From Acidobacteriota bacterium (GTDB lineage: Bacteria; Acidobacteriota; Vicinamibacteria; Vicinamibacterales; UBA823), in NCBI GenBank assembly GCA_002730525.1, contig PCAK01000032.1:74580-138579 (forward strand): a DNA stretch of 64,000 bases, given 5' to 3'. The position numbers were made by a program, and so were the translations under genes. Position 1 is the stretch's first letter; every line of letters starts with the position of its first letter. The notes under the pieces are model-generated. The model searched no databases. It saw only the letters and a program-made list of their open reading frames with translations, and was not told the DNA's origin. This document shows positions 1-8,823 of the stretch, piece after piece.

Positions 1-392
1 CGGTCTCGTCGGTCCGGTTTCACCAGGGGCGCCCGATTCTGGCGCTGGAAGGTATCTCGACCATCGAGGCGGCGGAGTCCCTGATTGGCGCCGAGTTGCG
101 GGTGCCGCTGACTGCGTTGCAGGAGTTACCGTCCGGGATGTTCTACCATCACGACCTGGTCGGCTGCGCGGTCCAGACCTGCGATGGCACGCCGGTCGGC
201 TCGGTGGCGGCGGTGCAGGGCGCGGCGGATGGCAGCGTGCTGGTCGTGCGCACCTCGACCGGCGAGATCCTGGTGCCCTTGGCTGCGGAGATCTGCCGAC
301 GGGTCGATCCCGAGACTCGCACGATCGAGATCGCGCCGCCGGACGGGCTGCTGGAGTTGAACGTCACGAAGCGAAGCCGGAGCGGACGATGA
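1..392 (+). CDS. rimM: 16S rRNA processing protein RimM, C-terminal part (5' end outside window)
   Basis: The frame is open from the window edge. The translation ...GISTIEAAESLIGAELRVPLTALQELPSGMFYHHDLVGCAV... looks like the RimM PRC-barrel half. Its TGA overlaps the trmD ATG (ATGA at 389-392), and the rimM-trmD-rplS order is classic. Confidence 0.85.
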   Translation, partial: VSSVRFHQGRPILALEGISTIEAAESLIGAELRVPLTALQELPSGMFYHHDLVGCAVQTCDGTPVGSVAAVQGAADGSVLVVRTSTGEILVPLAAEICRRVDPETRTIEIAPPDGLLELNVTKRSRSGR

Positions 393-1141
393 GAATCGAC
401 ATCGTCACAATCTTTCCAACCACAGTTGCCGCGATGCTGCAGGAAGGCTTGGTGCGCCGCGCGATGGACGCGGGTGTCGTGGATGTGCGGGTGCAAGACT
501 TGCGAGAGCACACGGACGACCGCCATCGATCGGTCGACGACGTGCCGTACGGTGGTGGACCGGGGATGGTGCTCAAGTCGGAGCCGCTCTTTCGGGCGAT
601 CGATGCGATTGAAGCGGATTCGGGCCGCCCCAACGCCGTGGTGTTGACCTCGCCTCAGGGCAAGCGGTTCACGCACGGCGATGCCGACCGGCTCAGCCGG
701 TTGTCACACGTCGCGGTGCTGTGTGGTCGATACGAAGGCGTCGACGAGCGCGTGCGCACGGGCATCGTCACTGAGGAACTCTCGATCGGAGACTACGTCT
801 TGACCGGTGGGGAGTTGCCGGCGCTGGTCATCGTGGATGCGGTGGCGCGGCTGGTGCCCGGCGTGGTGGGCGACGCGGAGTCGGTCGAACAAGAGTCGTT
901 CGTGCGCGGACTGCTGGACTTCCCGCAGTACACGCGGCCGGCGGAGGTGCGCAAGTTGAAGGTACCCCCGACACTGCTGTCGGGGCACCATCAGGACATT
1001 GCCCGGTGGCGCAAGCGCGAGGCGGTCCGACGAACGCTGGATCGACGGCCAGATCTGCTCGCGCAGGCCTCGCTCGACGATGAGGAACGTGCCATCTTGC
1101 AGGAATTGTTGACGGAACGGGAGAAGGAGGCGGGTGCATGA
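389..1141 (+). CDS. trmD: tRNA (guanine37-N1)-methyltransferase TrmD
   Basis: 250 aa ORF. It reads [10 protein letters not shown]...[14 protein letters not shown]...[13 protein letters not shown], typical of TrmD. It is start/stop coupled to both rimM and rplS. Confidence 0.95.
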   Translation: MRIDIVTIFPTTVAAMLQEGLVRRAMDAGVVDVRVQDLREHTDDRHRSVDDVPYGGGPGMVLKSEPLFRAIDAIEADSGRPNAVVLTSPQGKRFTHGDADRLSRLSHVAVLCGRYEGVDERVRTGIVTEELSIGDYVLTGGELPALVIVDAVARLVPGVVGDAESVEQESFVRGLLDFPQYTRPAEVRKLKVPPTLLSGHHQDIARWRKREAVRRTLDRRPDLLAQASLDDEERAILQELLTEREKEAGA

Positions 1142-1491
1142 ACGCGATTGAAGCCATCGAGCAGGGGCAACTGACGGAGCGCCCGGCCATGCGGTCGGGT
1201 GACACCGTGCGAGTCCACGTCAAGGTTCGTGAGGGCGACAAGGAACGCGTCCAGGTGTTCGAGGGCGTGGTGATTGGCCAGAAACGCGGCGGCGCGCGCG
1301 CATCGTTCACGGTGCGCAAGGTGTCGTTTGGGCAGGGTGTCGAGCGGATCTTCCCCCTCCACTCGCCTGTGATCGACCGCATCGAGGTCGTACGCTCGGC
1401 TCGCGTGCGTCGGGCGAAGCTGTACTACCTCAGGGCGCTGCGCGGCAAAGCGGCGCGGTTGCGCGAGCGCAAGCCGAAGTCCAGGGCCTGA
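1138..1491 (+). CDS. rplS: 50S ribosomal protein L19
   Basis: 117 aa ORF. The segment [38 protein letters not shown] is an L19 signature. The ATG overlaps the trmD stop. Confidence 0.95.
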   Translation: MNAIEAIEQGQLTERPAMRSGDTVRVHVKVREGDKERVQVFEGVVIGQKRGGARASFTVRKVSFGQGVERIFPLHSPVIDRIEVVRSARVRRAKLYYLRALRGKAARLRERKPKSRA

Positions 1492-1545
1492 GTTTCTCGG
1501 CAGGCGCTGTGCCCGGTCGCCTGTCGACCATAGAAGGATCGCCGG

Positions 1546-2169
1546 ATGGCCCGACCCGCCGCGCGCCGGACGATCGAGAACGCCGTCAGGCGTCTGGGAT
1601 TTACCCGCGTGGCTGGCGTCGACGAGGTCGGGAGAGGGTGCCTGGCCGGCCCGGTCGTCACGGCAGCTGTCGTGCTCGATCCCGCCCGGCACGTGCCGGG
1701 TGTTCGCGATTCGAAGCTGTTGACCCCCGCGGCTCGCGAGCGGCTGTACGACCGGATCGTCGCCGCCGCCGCTGGCTGGGGCGTCGCCTGGGCCAGTCCC
1801 GCCACCATAGACCAGTTGAACATTCACCGGGCGACGCTGTTCGCGATGCAGGAGGCGGCGATGGGGCTGGTTCCACTGCCCGACTTCGTGCTGGTCGACG
1901 GGTTCCGCCTTCCCAGTCTGGCGCTGCCGCAGCGCCGGGTCGTGGGCGGCGACCGCCGCTGCGCCGCCATCGCGGCGGCCTCGATCATCGCCAAGGTTAC
2001 GCGCGACCGGTACATGCGGGAACTGCACGACCGTGATCCGCGCTACGGCTTCGACCGACACAAGGGGTATGCGACGGCGGCGCACCTGGCAGCCGTCGGC
2101 CGCTTCGGCTACTCGGGAGTTCATCGGCAGTCGTTTCGACCGCCGTCGCTGTTTGATACGCTGGATTGA
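1546..2169 (+). CDS. rnhB: Ribonuclease HII
   Basis: 207 aa ORF with the VAGVDEVGRGCLAGPVV catalytic motif and a C-terminal HRQSF motif. It sits downstream of rplS, as in many bacteria. Confidence 0.9.
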   Translation: MARPAARRTIENAVRRLGFTRVAGVDEVGRGCLAGPVVTAAVVLDPARHVPGVRDSKLLTPAARERLYDRIVAAAAGWGVAWASPATIDQLNIHRATLFAMQEAAMGLVPLPDFVLVDGFRLPSLALPQRRVVGGDRRCAAIAAASIIAKVTRDRYMRELHDRDPRYGFDRHKGYATAAHLAAVGRFGYSGVHRQSFRPPSLFDTLD

Positions 2170-2178
2170 CCCTCGACC

Positions 2179-4150
2179 ATGGCTGCCGGCAACCTGTTTA
2201 GGCGCGCGAAGAACAAGCCGCTCGATCGCGAGGACGCCATGCGGAAGGCGGAGAAACTGCTCCGCCAGGGCCGTCTGGACGACGCCCTCGTGCTGTACAA
2301 GCAGGTCGTCGACCAGTTTCCCGAAGACTGGACGGCGGCCAATGCGCTTGGGGATCTCTACGTTCGATCGAACTCCGTCCCCGAGGCGGCTGAGCAGTAC
2401 ACGCGTATTGCCGGCCATTTTCTGAAGGACGGCTTCCTGCCAAAGGCCGTCGCCCTCTACAGGAAGGTTCTCCGGATCCGCCCCGAAGACGAGACGTCGC
2501 GGCTGCGGCTTGGCGAGATCGCCGCCGACCAGGGGCTGCTGGTCGACGCCAAGGCCCATCTCACTGTCGTGCGCGACCAACCCTTCGAGCGTGGTGACCA
2601 GCGTGGCGCGATGGAAGTCGTCATCAAGCTCGGCTCGATCGATCCAACCGACATGGAGTCGCGGCTGGCCGGGACACGAGCGCTCGCCGAGATGGGCGAG
2701 CGTGACAAGGCCGTCGAGCGGATGACCGAGCTGGCGGACGAGTTCACCGAGACCGACCAGGGCACCGAAGCGTTGGCCGCGTTGCGCGAGGCGGCCCGAT
2801 TCTATCCGGAGAACACGAACGTGCGAGGGGCCCTGGCGCGAGCGGTGCTGGCCCGCGGGGACGTCGCAGCCGCCGGGGAGTACCTCACGCGGGAGGTGGC
2901 GGGCGACCACCCGGCGCTCCTCGCGATGTTTCTCGAGCTGCAGCTCAAGGCCGGCCACGCCGATGTGGCGGCGCAGGTGGCGACGCAGCTTGCCGCATCG
3001 AGCGATGAACGCCCGCGCGTCCTTGAGGTCGGTCGACGGGCCGGCCCAGCCGACGCGGCGGCGGGCTTCGTCTGCTTCGAGGCCGTGGCGGATCTCCTGC
3101 TGGGCGCGGAGGACTGGGACGGCGCGACCGCGGTGCTGCAGGAGTTCGGCGACGTGGTGCCCCACTTCGCGCCGGCGCTGTTGCGTCTCGTCGAGGTCTG
3201 TGTCGACGAGCGCTTGTACGACGCTCAGGCACGCCTGGCCGAGGCGTACCTGCACGAAGGCCGAGCATTCGAGGCGAGCGTGATCTCCGAGGACCTCGCC
3301 GTGCGCGAACCCAACGTGGGGAGCCATATCGATCGGCTGCGTCGGGCGCTGGTGATGATGGGGGAGTGCGCGCCTGATCGCGTCATCGCCAAGCGGTTGA
3401 GCGAGGCGATGGCGGCGGTCGGCAGTGACCAGCCGTCGTCGACGATCGAGACGCACGACAGGCCGGTCGAGCCGGCGGCGTCGGTGTCGCCGCCTTCGCC
3501 GCCACCGGTGCCGGCCCAGGAGGCCGTGACGCCGGCCGTGGCGGCCGAGCCGCCTCCGCCTCCCCCAGGAGGTTCCGGTGACCCCGCCGCCCGTACCAGC
3601 CGCCCCCGCGGTTCCGCCCCAGGCGGCTCCGATGGCCCCCGCAGCCCCGGCCCCGGCTGCCCCCGCAGCTCGGGCCTGGTCGGCCCCTGCGGTCCCGGCG
3701 CAGCCAGCGGCGCCGGCCGGCGGTGCCGGATTCGGCGAGTTCCGCGAGGCGGTGTCGCAGCAGACAGCGGCCGATCTGGCGGCCCAGCAGTACAAACTGG
3801 CCCTGACCTACCGCGACATGGGGATGCACGAGGAGGCCGTGGCGGCGCTCGAACTGGCCTCGCGGTCGCCGGCGCACCGGTTCCTGTCGGCCGCTGCCCT
3901 CGGACGCCTCTACTGGAATCGCAACGCGATCGAGAACGCGATGTACTGGTTCGAGCGAGCGGTCGAGGCGCCCGCGCCGGTTGTAGACGAGGGGCGATCG
4001 GTGATCTACGATCTGGGGGATCTTCTCGAACGCATGAACGAGAACGCACGTGCGCTGTCGATCTTCCTCGAGTTGCAGGCTGACGCCGGCGAGTTCCGCG
4101 ATGTCGCCGCTCGGGTCGAACGGCTTTCGCGAGTCGTGACGGGAGGCTGA
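2179..4150 (+). CDS. TPR-repeat protein with Pro/Ala-rich linker; apparent frameshift near 3562-3566 (frame 1 ORF 2179-4083 plus frame 2 ORF 3578-4150)
   Basis: The N-terminal 450 aa are TPR-like (..ALGDLYVRSNSVPEAAEQYTRIAGHF..). After 3566 frame 1 turns into Arg/Gly/Pro junk. Frame 2 continues the Pro/Ala linker and a TPR-like C-terminus (QQYKLALTYRDMGMHEEAVAALE..). Removing one C of the C5 run restores a single ORF. Confidence 0.6.
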
Positions 4151-4206
4151 CGATTCATCCGCTGCGGCGCCTGCTGCTCATCGCCTACTTCCTCGAGGTC
4201 GGCCTG

Positions 4207-4431
4207 GTGCTGATCGTCCTGCCCTGGTCGGCCTACTGGGACCGGAACGCGTTCGTGGAGTCCGTTCCGGTGCTGCTCGCGACCCTGCAGAACCATTTCG
4301 TGCGTGGTGGGGTCTCGGGTGTCGGGGTGATCAATCTCGCCGCCGGTTTCGCCGAGTTGGTGGCGCTCATGGCACCGGCGCCGCCTCCCTCGAACATCAG
4401 CGGGCGCCCGCCGATCAGCGTCGACGGTTGA
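4207..4431 (+). CDS. Small hypothetical membrane protein (start uncertain; frame is open back to 4147)
   Basis: 74 aa ORF from a GTG with GAGG 8 nt upstream. It has hydrophobic stretches. The upstream in-frame codons encode a further TM-like segment (RRLLLIAYFLEVGLVLIVLPW) without a canonical start. Confidence 0.35.
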   Translation: MLIVLPWSAYWDRNAFVESVPVLLATLQNHFVRGGVSGVGVINLAAGFAELVALMAPAPPPSNISGRPPISVDG

Positions 4432-4492
4432 CCGGTGGCGGTGACGCCGCGCCTGGTGACGACGCCTGGGCATCAGTCCGCGAGAACACACC

Positions 4493-5197
4493 ATGGATTC
4501 CGACCGCGTCACTGCCGAGCGTCGTCCGCTCCTCTGCCTGGTGTCCGATCGTCACCGCCTCTCGCCGGCGGCGAGCGCAGCGCGACAGCTCGACGATCTG
4601 GTCGGCTTCGTGGCCGCGGCCGCTGCGGCAGGCGTCGACATCGTGCAGGTGCGCGAACGCGACCTGCCGGGCCGGACGCTGACGGATCTCGTCGCCCGTT
4701 GCGTGCACGCGGCGGAGGGGAGCGAGACACGAGTCGTCGTGAACGACCGCGTCGATGTGGCGCTGGCAGCTGGCGCGGCCGGGGTGCACCTCCGAGAGGA
4801 CTCCGTCGACGCCGTGCGCGCTCGGGCGCTTGGGGGGCGTGGGTGGTTGGTGACCCGCGCCGTGCATGATGCGACGGAGATCTCCGCGCGGCTGTCCGCC
4901 GTGAACCTGGCGGTGTTCGGCAGTGTATTTTCGACGGTGTCCAAGCCGGCGGGGCATGCCGTGGGCGGGCTGTCGGCGCTGGGGAAGACCGTGGACGCGG
5001 CGGTGGTGCCCGTCCTCGCGATCGGCGGCGTGAGCGAGGAGCGGCTCGAGGCGGTGTGGCGCACGGGCGCGGCCGGTGTCGCCGGCATCGGTCTGTTCAT
5101 CGATGCGGCGAGATCCGGAAACGAGTGGGCGGCCGGCCTCGGGCGGCTCGTCGATCGCGCGCGTCAGTCGTTTGACACCTTCCCACCCCTTGTCTAG
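4493..5197 (+). CDS. Thiamine-phosphate synthase-like (divergent ThiE/TenI family) protein
   Basis: 234 aa ORF with VQVRERDL, VVNDRVDVALAAGAAGVHL and LAIGGVSEE, which resemble ThiE motifs. The HLGQDD and GPVFxTxTK motifs are degenerate compared with the canonical thiE at 38923. Confidence 0.7.
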   Translation: MDSDRVTAERRPLLCLVSDRHRLSPAASAARQLDDLVGFVAAAAAAGVDIVQVRERDLPGRTLTDLVARCVHAAEGSETRVVVNDRVDVALAAGAAGVHLREDSVDAVRARALGGRGWLVTRAVHDATEISARLSAVNLAVFGSVFSTVSKPAGHAVGGLSALGKTVDAAVVPVLAIGGVSEERLEAVWRTGAAGVAGIGLFIDAARSGNEWAAGLGRLVDRARQSFDTFPPLV

Positions 5198-5242
5198 GGC
5201 AGTCTGCTTGGCGCCACGCCGGGCGTCGTGCGAGGATCGTTC

Positions 5243-6031
5243 ATGAACCAACCCGAAGATTTCGGCGCGCGACTGCGCCAGGCACGCGAGGCCCACGGCG
5301 TTTCCCTTCGCGACATCGCCGCGACCACGAGAATCGCTTCCAGCGCGCTCGAGGCGCTCGAGCGAAATGAAGTGTCCCGTTTGCCGGGCGGGATCTTCAC
5401 CCGCGCGTTCGTGCGGTCGTACGCCTCCGAGGTTGGCCTCGATCCCGAAGCGACCCTGAAGGACTTCCTCGCGGCCTTTCCGTTCGATGGGATGGCCGAC
5501 GGCAGTCCGTACGCGCTGGAGTCCCAGGAAGAGGACACGTTCGAGAGCAAGCAGCAAATGGCCGGCACCTGGCTTCGGCGGGCGCTGGTCAGCCTGCCGG
5601 TGATCGGCCTCATCGTCTACTTCGGCATGCGCGGCGCAAGCTCCGACCCCGAGGGCACGCCGGCGCCGGGCGGCGCCACGGGCGCGGCAGCGGCTACCTC
5701 CGCGGCGGTGGCTGGGGCGCCCGCGCCAGATCCGGCGACTGAAGGCGCCGTCACCACGGGGACGGACGACCGGATGCTGATCAGCGTCGAGCCCCGAGCG
5801 GCCTGCTGGGTCTCGTTGACCGCCGACGGCGAACTGGTCATCTCCCGGGTGATGCAACCCGGCGAGCGGGAGGGCGTCGAGGCCCGCGACGAGATTCTGC
5901 TGAATGTCGGCGATGCGGGAGCGTTCAGCTTCACCCTCAACGGTCGATCCGGCCGAATCCTCGGAGACGCGGGCGAGGTCGTGACCACACGGATCACCCG
6001 CGAGAACTATCGCGAGTACCTGGCGCCCTAG
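5243..6031 (+). CDS. rodZ: RodZ-like cytoskeleton protein (HTH + TM + DUF4115-like C-terminus)
   Basis: The sequence FGARLRQAREAHGVSLRDIAATTRIASSALEALE..LPGGIFTRAFVRSYA is the RodZ-type HTH. A TM segment and a C-terminal beta domain follow. The ATG at 5243 has GAGGA 6 nt upstream; the ORF track starts at GTG 5228. Confidence 0.7.
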   Translation: MNQPEDFGARLRQAREAHGVSLRDIAATTRIASSALEALERNEVSRLPGGIFTRAFVRSYASEVGLDPEATLKDFLAAFPFDGMADGSPYALESQEEDTFESKQQMAGTWLRRALVSLPVIGLIVYFGMRGASSDPEGTPAPGGATGAAAATSAAVAGAPAPDPATEGAVTTGTDDRMLISVEPRAACWVSLTADGELVISRVMQPGEREGVEARDEILLNVGDAGAFSFTLNGRSGRILGDAGEVVTTRITRENYREYLAP

Positions 6032-6074
6032 TACTCTCGGGGTGGACCCCACGCCCTGTTGGAGCGGAGGCCCG

Positions 6075-6850
6075 ATGCCGGAGAACGAAGGACCTAGTCC
6101 GCTACTCGACCAGTTCAAGCGTGGTGACGTGCCGCGCGAAGTCCGCGAGCAGGCCGCCCTTGGGGCGCTCGCGCTGCGTCCCGCCGATCAACTGACCCTG
6201 CTGTCCTGGCTCTCGGACGACAAGGATGCCGACGTGGCGAAGGTGGCCGAGCAGACGCTGACCCGGCTCGCGCCCGCTGCGACCCGGGCCGCGCTCGCGC
6301 GGCCCGGCGTTGGCGAGGCGGTCCGCGAGTTCTTCGCGGCGCGGGGGTTCGAGGCTGATGCCTCAACTGGCGAGGCGTCGGAGATGCCGCTCCTGCCCGA
6401 GCATGCCGAGACGGCCGAGGAGCCGGCCGAGCGTGAGAAGGGCCCGACCGAACTGTCGCTGCTGCCCGTCGTCGACAAGATGAAGTACGCGATCAAGGGG
6501 ACACGCGAACAGCGCGGAACGTTGATCCGTGATTCCAACAAGATGGTGGCGATGGCCGTCCTGGGGAGTCCGAAGCTCACCATCGCCGAGGTCGAAGCGT
6601 TCGCCAGGATGGGGAACGTGGCCGAGGACGTGTTGCGCGCGATCGGGACGACCCGGCCTATCTCAAGAGCTACGCCGTGATCTCCGCGCTGGCGAAGAAT
6701 CCGAAGACGCCGCCGGGGCTCGCGCTGACCCTGGTGCCCCGCCTGGTCGAGCGCGACGTGAAGATGTTGTCGGTCGACCGCAACGTCTCGAAGGGCGTGC
6801 GCATCTCCGCGCGCAAGTTTCTGCAGACGGGCGCGGCCCGGCGCCGCTAG
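6075..6850 (+). CDS. Conserved hypothetical helical-repeat protein; apparent -1 frameshift near 6650-6661
   Basis: The frame 3 ORF (ATG 6075 with a GGAGCGGAGG SD) stops at 6680. The motif continues seamlessly in frame 2 from 6662 (LKSYAVISALAKNPKTPPGLALTLVPRLVERDVKMLSVDRNVSKGVRISARKFL) to TAG 6848-6850. Confidence 0.55.
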
Positions 6851-6861
6851 TCCTCTCGCTG

Positions 6862-7080
6862 CTATCGATGCTTGGCGCGACGCTTGCCCGCCAGCGTCCA
6901 CTCCGATCTGAGCTGCGACAGCCCATCCATGTAGACGGCGGCACGTTCCCGTGCGGTCTCGGTCGGCAGTGTCTTGAGCAGTTCGACCACCTGCATCAGG
7001 TCACGCTGAATCGTCTTTGGGCTGGTCCGGAGATACAGCGTTCGAATCTGGGCGACGGTCCGCGTTCCGGGATTGCTCAT
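6862..7080 (-). CDS. Hypothetical 72-aa protein downstream of polX
   Basis: The ORF starts 8 nt after the polX stop on the same strand. Its composition is not low-complexity. I recognise no family. Confidence 0.4.
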   Translation of the reverse strand: MSNPGTRTVAQIRTLYLRTSPKTIQRDLMQVVELLKTLPTETARERAAVYMDGLSQLRSEWTLAGKRRAKHR

Positions 7081-7087
7081 ACCTGAC

Positions 7088-8806
7088 TCAGTTCCGGTTG
7101 CAGCGCAGCCCAGCTCTCAACGCCGCCACGGAGCGGGTGTTGAGTACATGCTCGGGTTCGAGCCACGCGCGGCGGGCGACGACGATGCCCCAGCGGAGCA
7201 GCTCGAACGCGTTCGTGGCATGGGCATCGCTGTTGATGACCACCGGGACGCCGCGGTCCCGCGCCAGACGGGCATGGGCATCGCAGAGATCGAGTCGGTC
7301 GACCTGGCTATTGATCTCCAGGGCGACGCCGTGAGCGGCAGCCGCGCCGATCAACTCCTCGATGTTCACGCGGTACGGGTCGCGTCGTCGCAGCAGGCGT
7401 CCTGTCGGATGCCCGATCACGTCGACGACCGGCGACTCGACTGCGCGCAGGAGCCGGTCGGTCATCTCGCGCTCCTCCTGAGAGAACGCCGAGTGCACGG
7501 ACGCCACGACGATGTCGAGCTCGGCGAGGCAGTCTTCCGCGAGGTCGAGCGCGCCATCGCGCAGGATGTCGCACTCGATTCCGGCGAGCAGCGTGATGCC
7601 GTCGAGGCGCGCGTCGGCCTCCCGGATCCGCCTGGCGTGGGCCAGGGTGCGCCGTTCGTCGAGGCCGTTGGCCATGGCGAGGGACTTGCTGTGCTCGGTG
7701 ATGGCCAGATACTCGAGGCCCGCCTCGCGCGCGGCGATCGCCATGGCGTCGAGGTCGGCGCGTCCGTCGCTTTCGGTCGTATGCGCGTGCAGATCGCCCC
7801 GGAGGTCGCTTCGGGAGACGAGATGGGGCAGCGCGTCCGTGTCGGCCGCGGCGATCTCCCCGCGACCCTCGCGCAGTTCGGGCGGGATGAACGGCAACGC
7901 CAGCGCGGCGTAGACCTCGGGTTCGGTCGCGCCGGCCACCCGCTCGCCGGTGTCGAGTTGATAGACGCCGTATTCGTTCAGTTTCAGTCCGCGCTGCACC
8001 GCGCGGTCCCGGAGCGCGATGTTGTGCGCTTTCGACCCGGTGAAGTACTGGAGGGCGGCGCCCACACTCTCCGGGGGCACGAGCCGCAAGTCCGCCTGGA
8101 GGCCGCTGGTGAGGAGCACGCTCGCCTTCGTCTCGCCGCGTCCCAGGACGCGGTCGACGCCGGGGTAGGCCGTGAAGCGCTCCAGGACCGCCAGGTCCGT
8201 CCCGGCGACCAGCAGGTCAGCGTCGCCGCAGGTCTCGCAGCCTCGGCGAAGGCTCCCGACCGGCGTCACCTGCAGGTCAGGGTCGGTGCCGCGCAGGTGC
8301 TCGGCCAGCGCGTCGGCGATATCCTGGACGTCGGGCATCGGGAAGCGGCCTTCGCGCCGCCGGTACTCGGCGACGGCCCGGAGCATCAGCTGCTCCTTCT
8401 TGGCGCCCAGCCCGCGCAGGCCGCGGAGGCGTCCTTCGGCGGCGGCGGACTCTAGGGCATCGACCGAACCGATGCCCAGTTCGCGGTAGAGACGCGCCAC
8501 GGTCTTCGGGCCGACCCCCTGAAGCCGGAGCAGGTCGAGAATGGTCGGCGGGAATTCCTCCAGCAGCTCCTTCAGAAACGCCAGCTGCCCGGTGTCCGCC
8601 AGCTCCCGGATCTTCGTGGCGACGGTCTTGCCGATGCCCGGGATGGCCCGGAGCTCCGCGTCGGTGAGATCCGTGACGCGCTCGCCCGTCTGACCGACGA
8701 TATCAGCCGCGGTCCGGTAGGCTCTGATCTTGAACGGGTTTTCGCCCTTCAGCTCGAGGAGATCTCCGATCTCCGAGAAGACGCGGGCGATGACGAGGTT
8801 GTCCAT
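7088..8806 (-). CDS. polX: DNA polymerase X family protein with C-terminal PHP domain
   Basis: From ATG 8806 it reads MDNLVIARVFSEIGDLLELKGENPFKIRAYRTAADIV (HhH 8-kDa domain). It has the palm motif GSLRRGCETCGDADLLV and PHP motifs GDLHAHTTESDG and ITEHS. The longer 798 aa ORF prefix is Arg-rich junk. Confidence 0.9.
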   Translation of the reverse strand: MDNLVIARVFSEIGDLLELKGENPFKIRAYRTAADIVGQTGERVTDLTDAELRAIPGIGKTVATKIRELADTGQLAFLKELLEEFPPTILDLLRLQGVGPKTVARLYRELGIGSVDALESAAAEGRLRGLRGLGAKKEQLMLRAVAEYRRREGRFPMPDVQDIADALAEHLRGTDPDLQVTPVGSLRRGCETCGDADLLVAGTDLAVLERFTAYPGVDRVLGRGETKASVLLTSGLQADLRLVPPESVGAALQYFTGSKAHNIALRDRAVQRGLKLNEYGVYQLDTGERVAGATEPEVYAALALPFIPPELREGRGEIAAADTDALPHLVSRSDLRGDLHAHTTESDGRADLDAMAIAAREAGLEYLAITEHSKSLAMANGLDERRTLAHARRIREADARLDGITLLAGIECDILRDGALDLAEDCLAELDIVVASVHSAFSQEEREMTDRLLRAVESPVVDVIGHPTGRLLRRRDPYRVNIEELIGAAAAHGVALEINSQVDRLDLCDAHARLARDRGVPVVINSDAHATNAFELLRWGIVVARRAWLEPEHVLNTRSVAALRAGLRCNRN

Positions 8807-8823
8807 GGTGTCGTCGCCTGGCC

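Noticed and set aside
991-3795. 934-aa minus-strand ORF. Similar very long antisense ORFs occur at 36884-39391(-), 12567-14795(-), 4415-6118(-), 7073-8455(+), 48029-49633(+), 55987-57522(-), 57698-58930(-), 23292-24890(-) and 11644-12996(-).
   Set aside because: All lie antisense to genes with unmistakable family signatures (trmD/rplS/rnhB, accBC, mpl/pxpBC, pyrG, sucCD, korA and others). Their translations are Arg/Pro/Gly/Ala-rich low-complexity strings. Stop-free antisense frames are expected in high-GC DNA.
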